Virus record (IMG/VR): IMGVR_UViG_3300028734_000003
Coordinates: 159 to 64,158 of that record
Source: a virus
Taxonomy: Duplodnaviria; Caudoviricetes
DNA: 64,000 nt
Strand: one strand, 5' to 3'
Both the position numbers and the translations under genes were made by a program. Positions 63,783 to 64,000 of this stretch are shown here, one piece after another. Position 1 is the first letter of the stretch. Each line of letters starts with the position of its first letter. A model generated the notes under the pieces. It did not search any database, was not told the origin of the DNA, and saw nothing but the letters and a program-made list of their open reading frames with translations.

Positions 63783-63848
63783 ATATATTGATATTCATCA
63801 ATATATCTATATGTTATGATTAGTTTTTAAATCTTACCAAAATACACT

Positions 63849-64000
63849 ATGTCAGCAGAAGAGAAATACGGTATGTGGATGGGAAGAAATCCACAAAAAA
63901 TTGAAGATGTTGTTGTTGGTGCGGTAACCACTACATACATCGGAGAATGTCCAGCACCTGCCGCAGGATCTACTGTAGCAGATACAGACGCTAAATGGAG
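63849..64000 (+). CDS. Small virion-associated protein, N-terminal part (truncated by the window)
   Basis: MSAEEKYG...TTTYIGECPAPAAGSTVADTDAKW; runs off the end of the window. Confidence 0.6.
   Translation, partial: MSAEEKYGMWMGRNPQKIEDVVVGAVTTTYIGECPAPAAGSTVADTDAKW

Noticed and set aside
1-64000. Mass pseudogenisation or a decayed prophage suggested by the fragmented ORF track
   Set aside because: The breaks are TGA codons at Gly positions, frames are preserved and catalytic motifs are intact.
1-64000. TGA=Trp (code 4), or TGA recoding used only as a late/lysis switch
   Set aside because: TGA aligns to Gly in GroEL and P-loops, and occurs in early, replication and late genes alike. No suppressor tRNA or release factor was found.

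Overview
The window is almost the whole (~64 kb) genome of an AT-rich, podovirus-like dsDNA phage that does not use the standard genetic code. TGA sits at conserved Gly positions and CGA/CGG at conserved Trp positions. That combination is known from Absconditabacterales (SR1, Patescibacteria/CPR), so the host is inferred to be one of these. The supplied ORF track is therefore fragmented, and I re-read the genes by hand with TGA=Gly and CGR=Trp. Layout: + strand fibre/receptor-binding genes and a lysis cassette (1-6843); a - strand arm of small genes plus replication/recombination genes (SSB-like proteins, SF2 helicase, Cas4-like exonuclease, Sak-type annealase, P-loop helicase, ArdC) (6900-29240); a ~1.3 kb divergent control region; then a + strand late arm (GroES, TerL, GroEL, portal, scaffold, capsid, adaptor, nozzle, ejection proteins including a ~3170-aa giant, tail fibres). 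I found no integrase, DNA polymerase, full tRNA or CRISPR array. Best candidates for new biology: (1) a putative programmed -1 frameshift that fuses a membrane-anchored stalk to an amidase + 3D-domain cell-wall hydrolase, outside the lysis cassette; (2) an anticodon-less mini-tRNA inside a structured RNA region just upstream of the lysis cassette; (3) GroES and GroEL bracketing the terminase; (4) an ArdC with a catalytically altered zincin motif and a SAM-lyase-like first early gene. All family calls come from motif recognition, not database searches.
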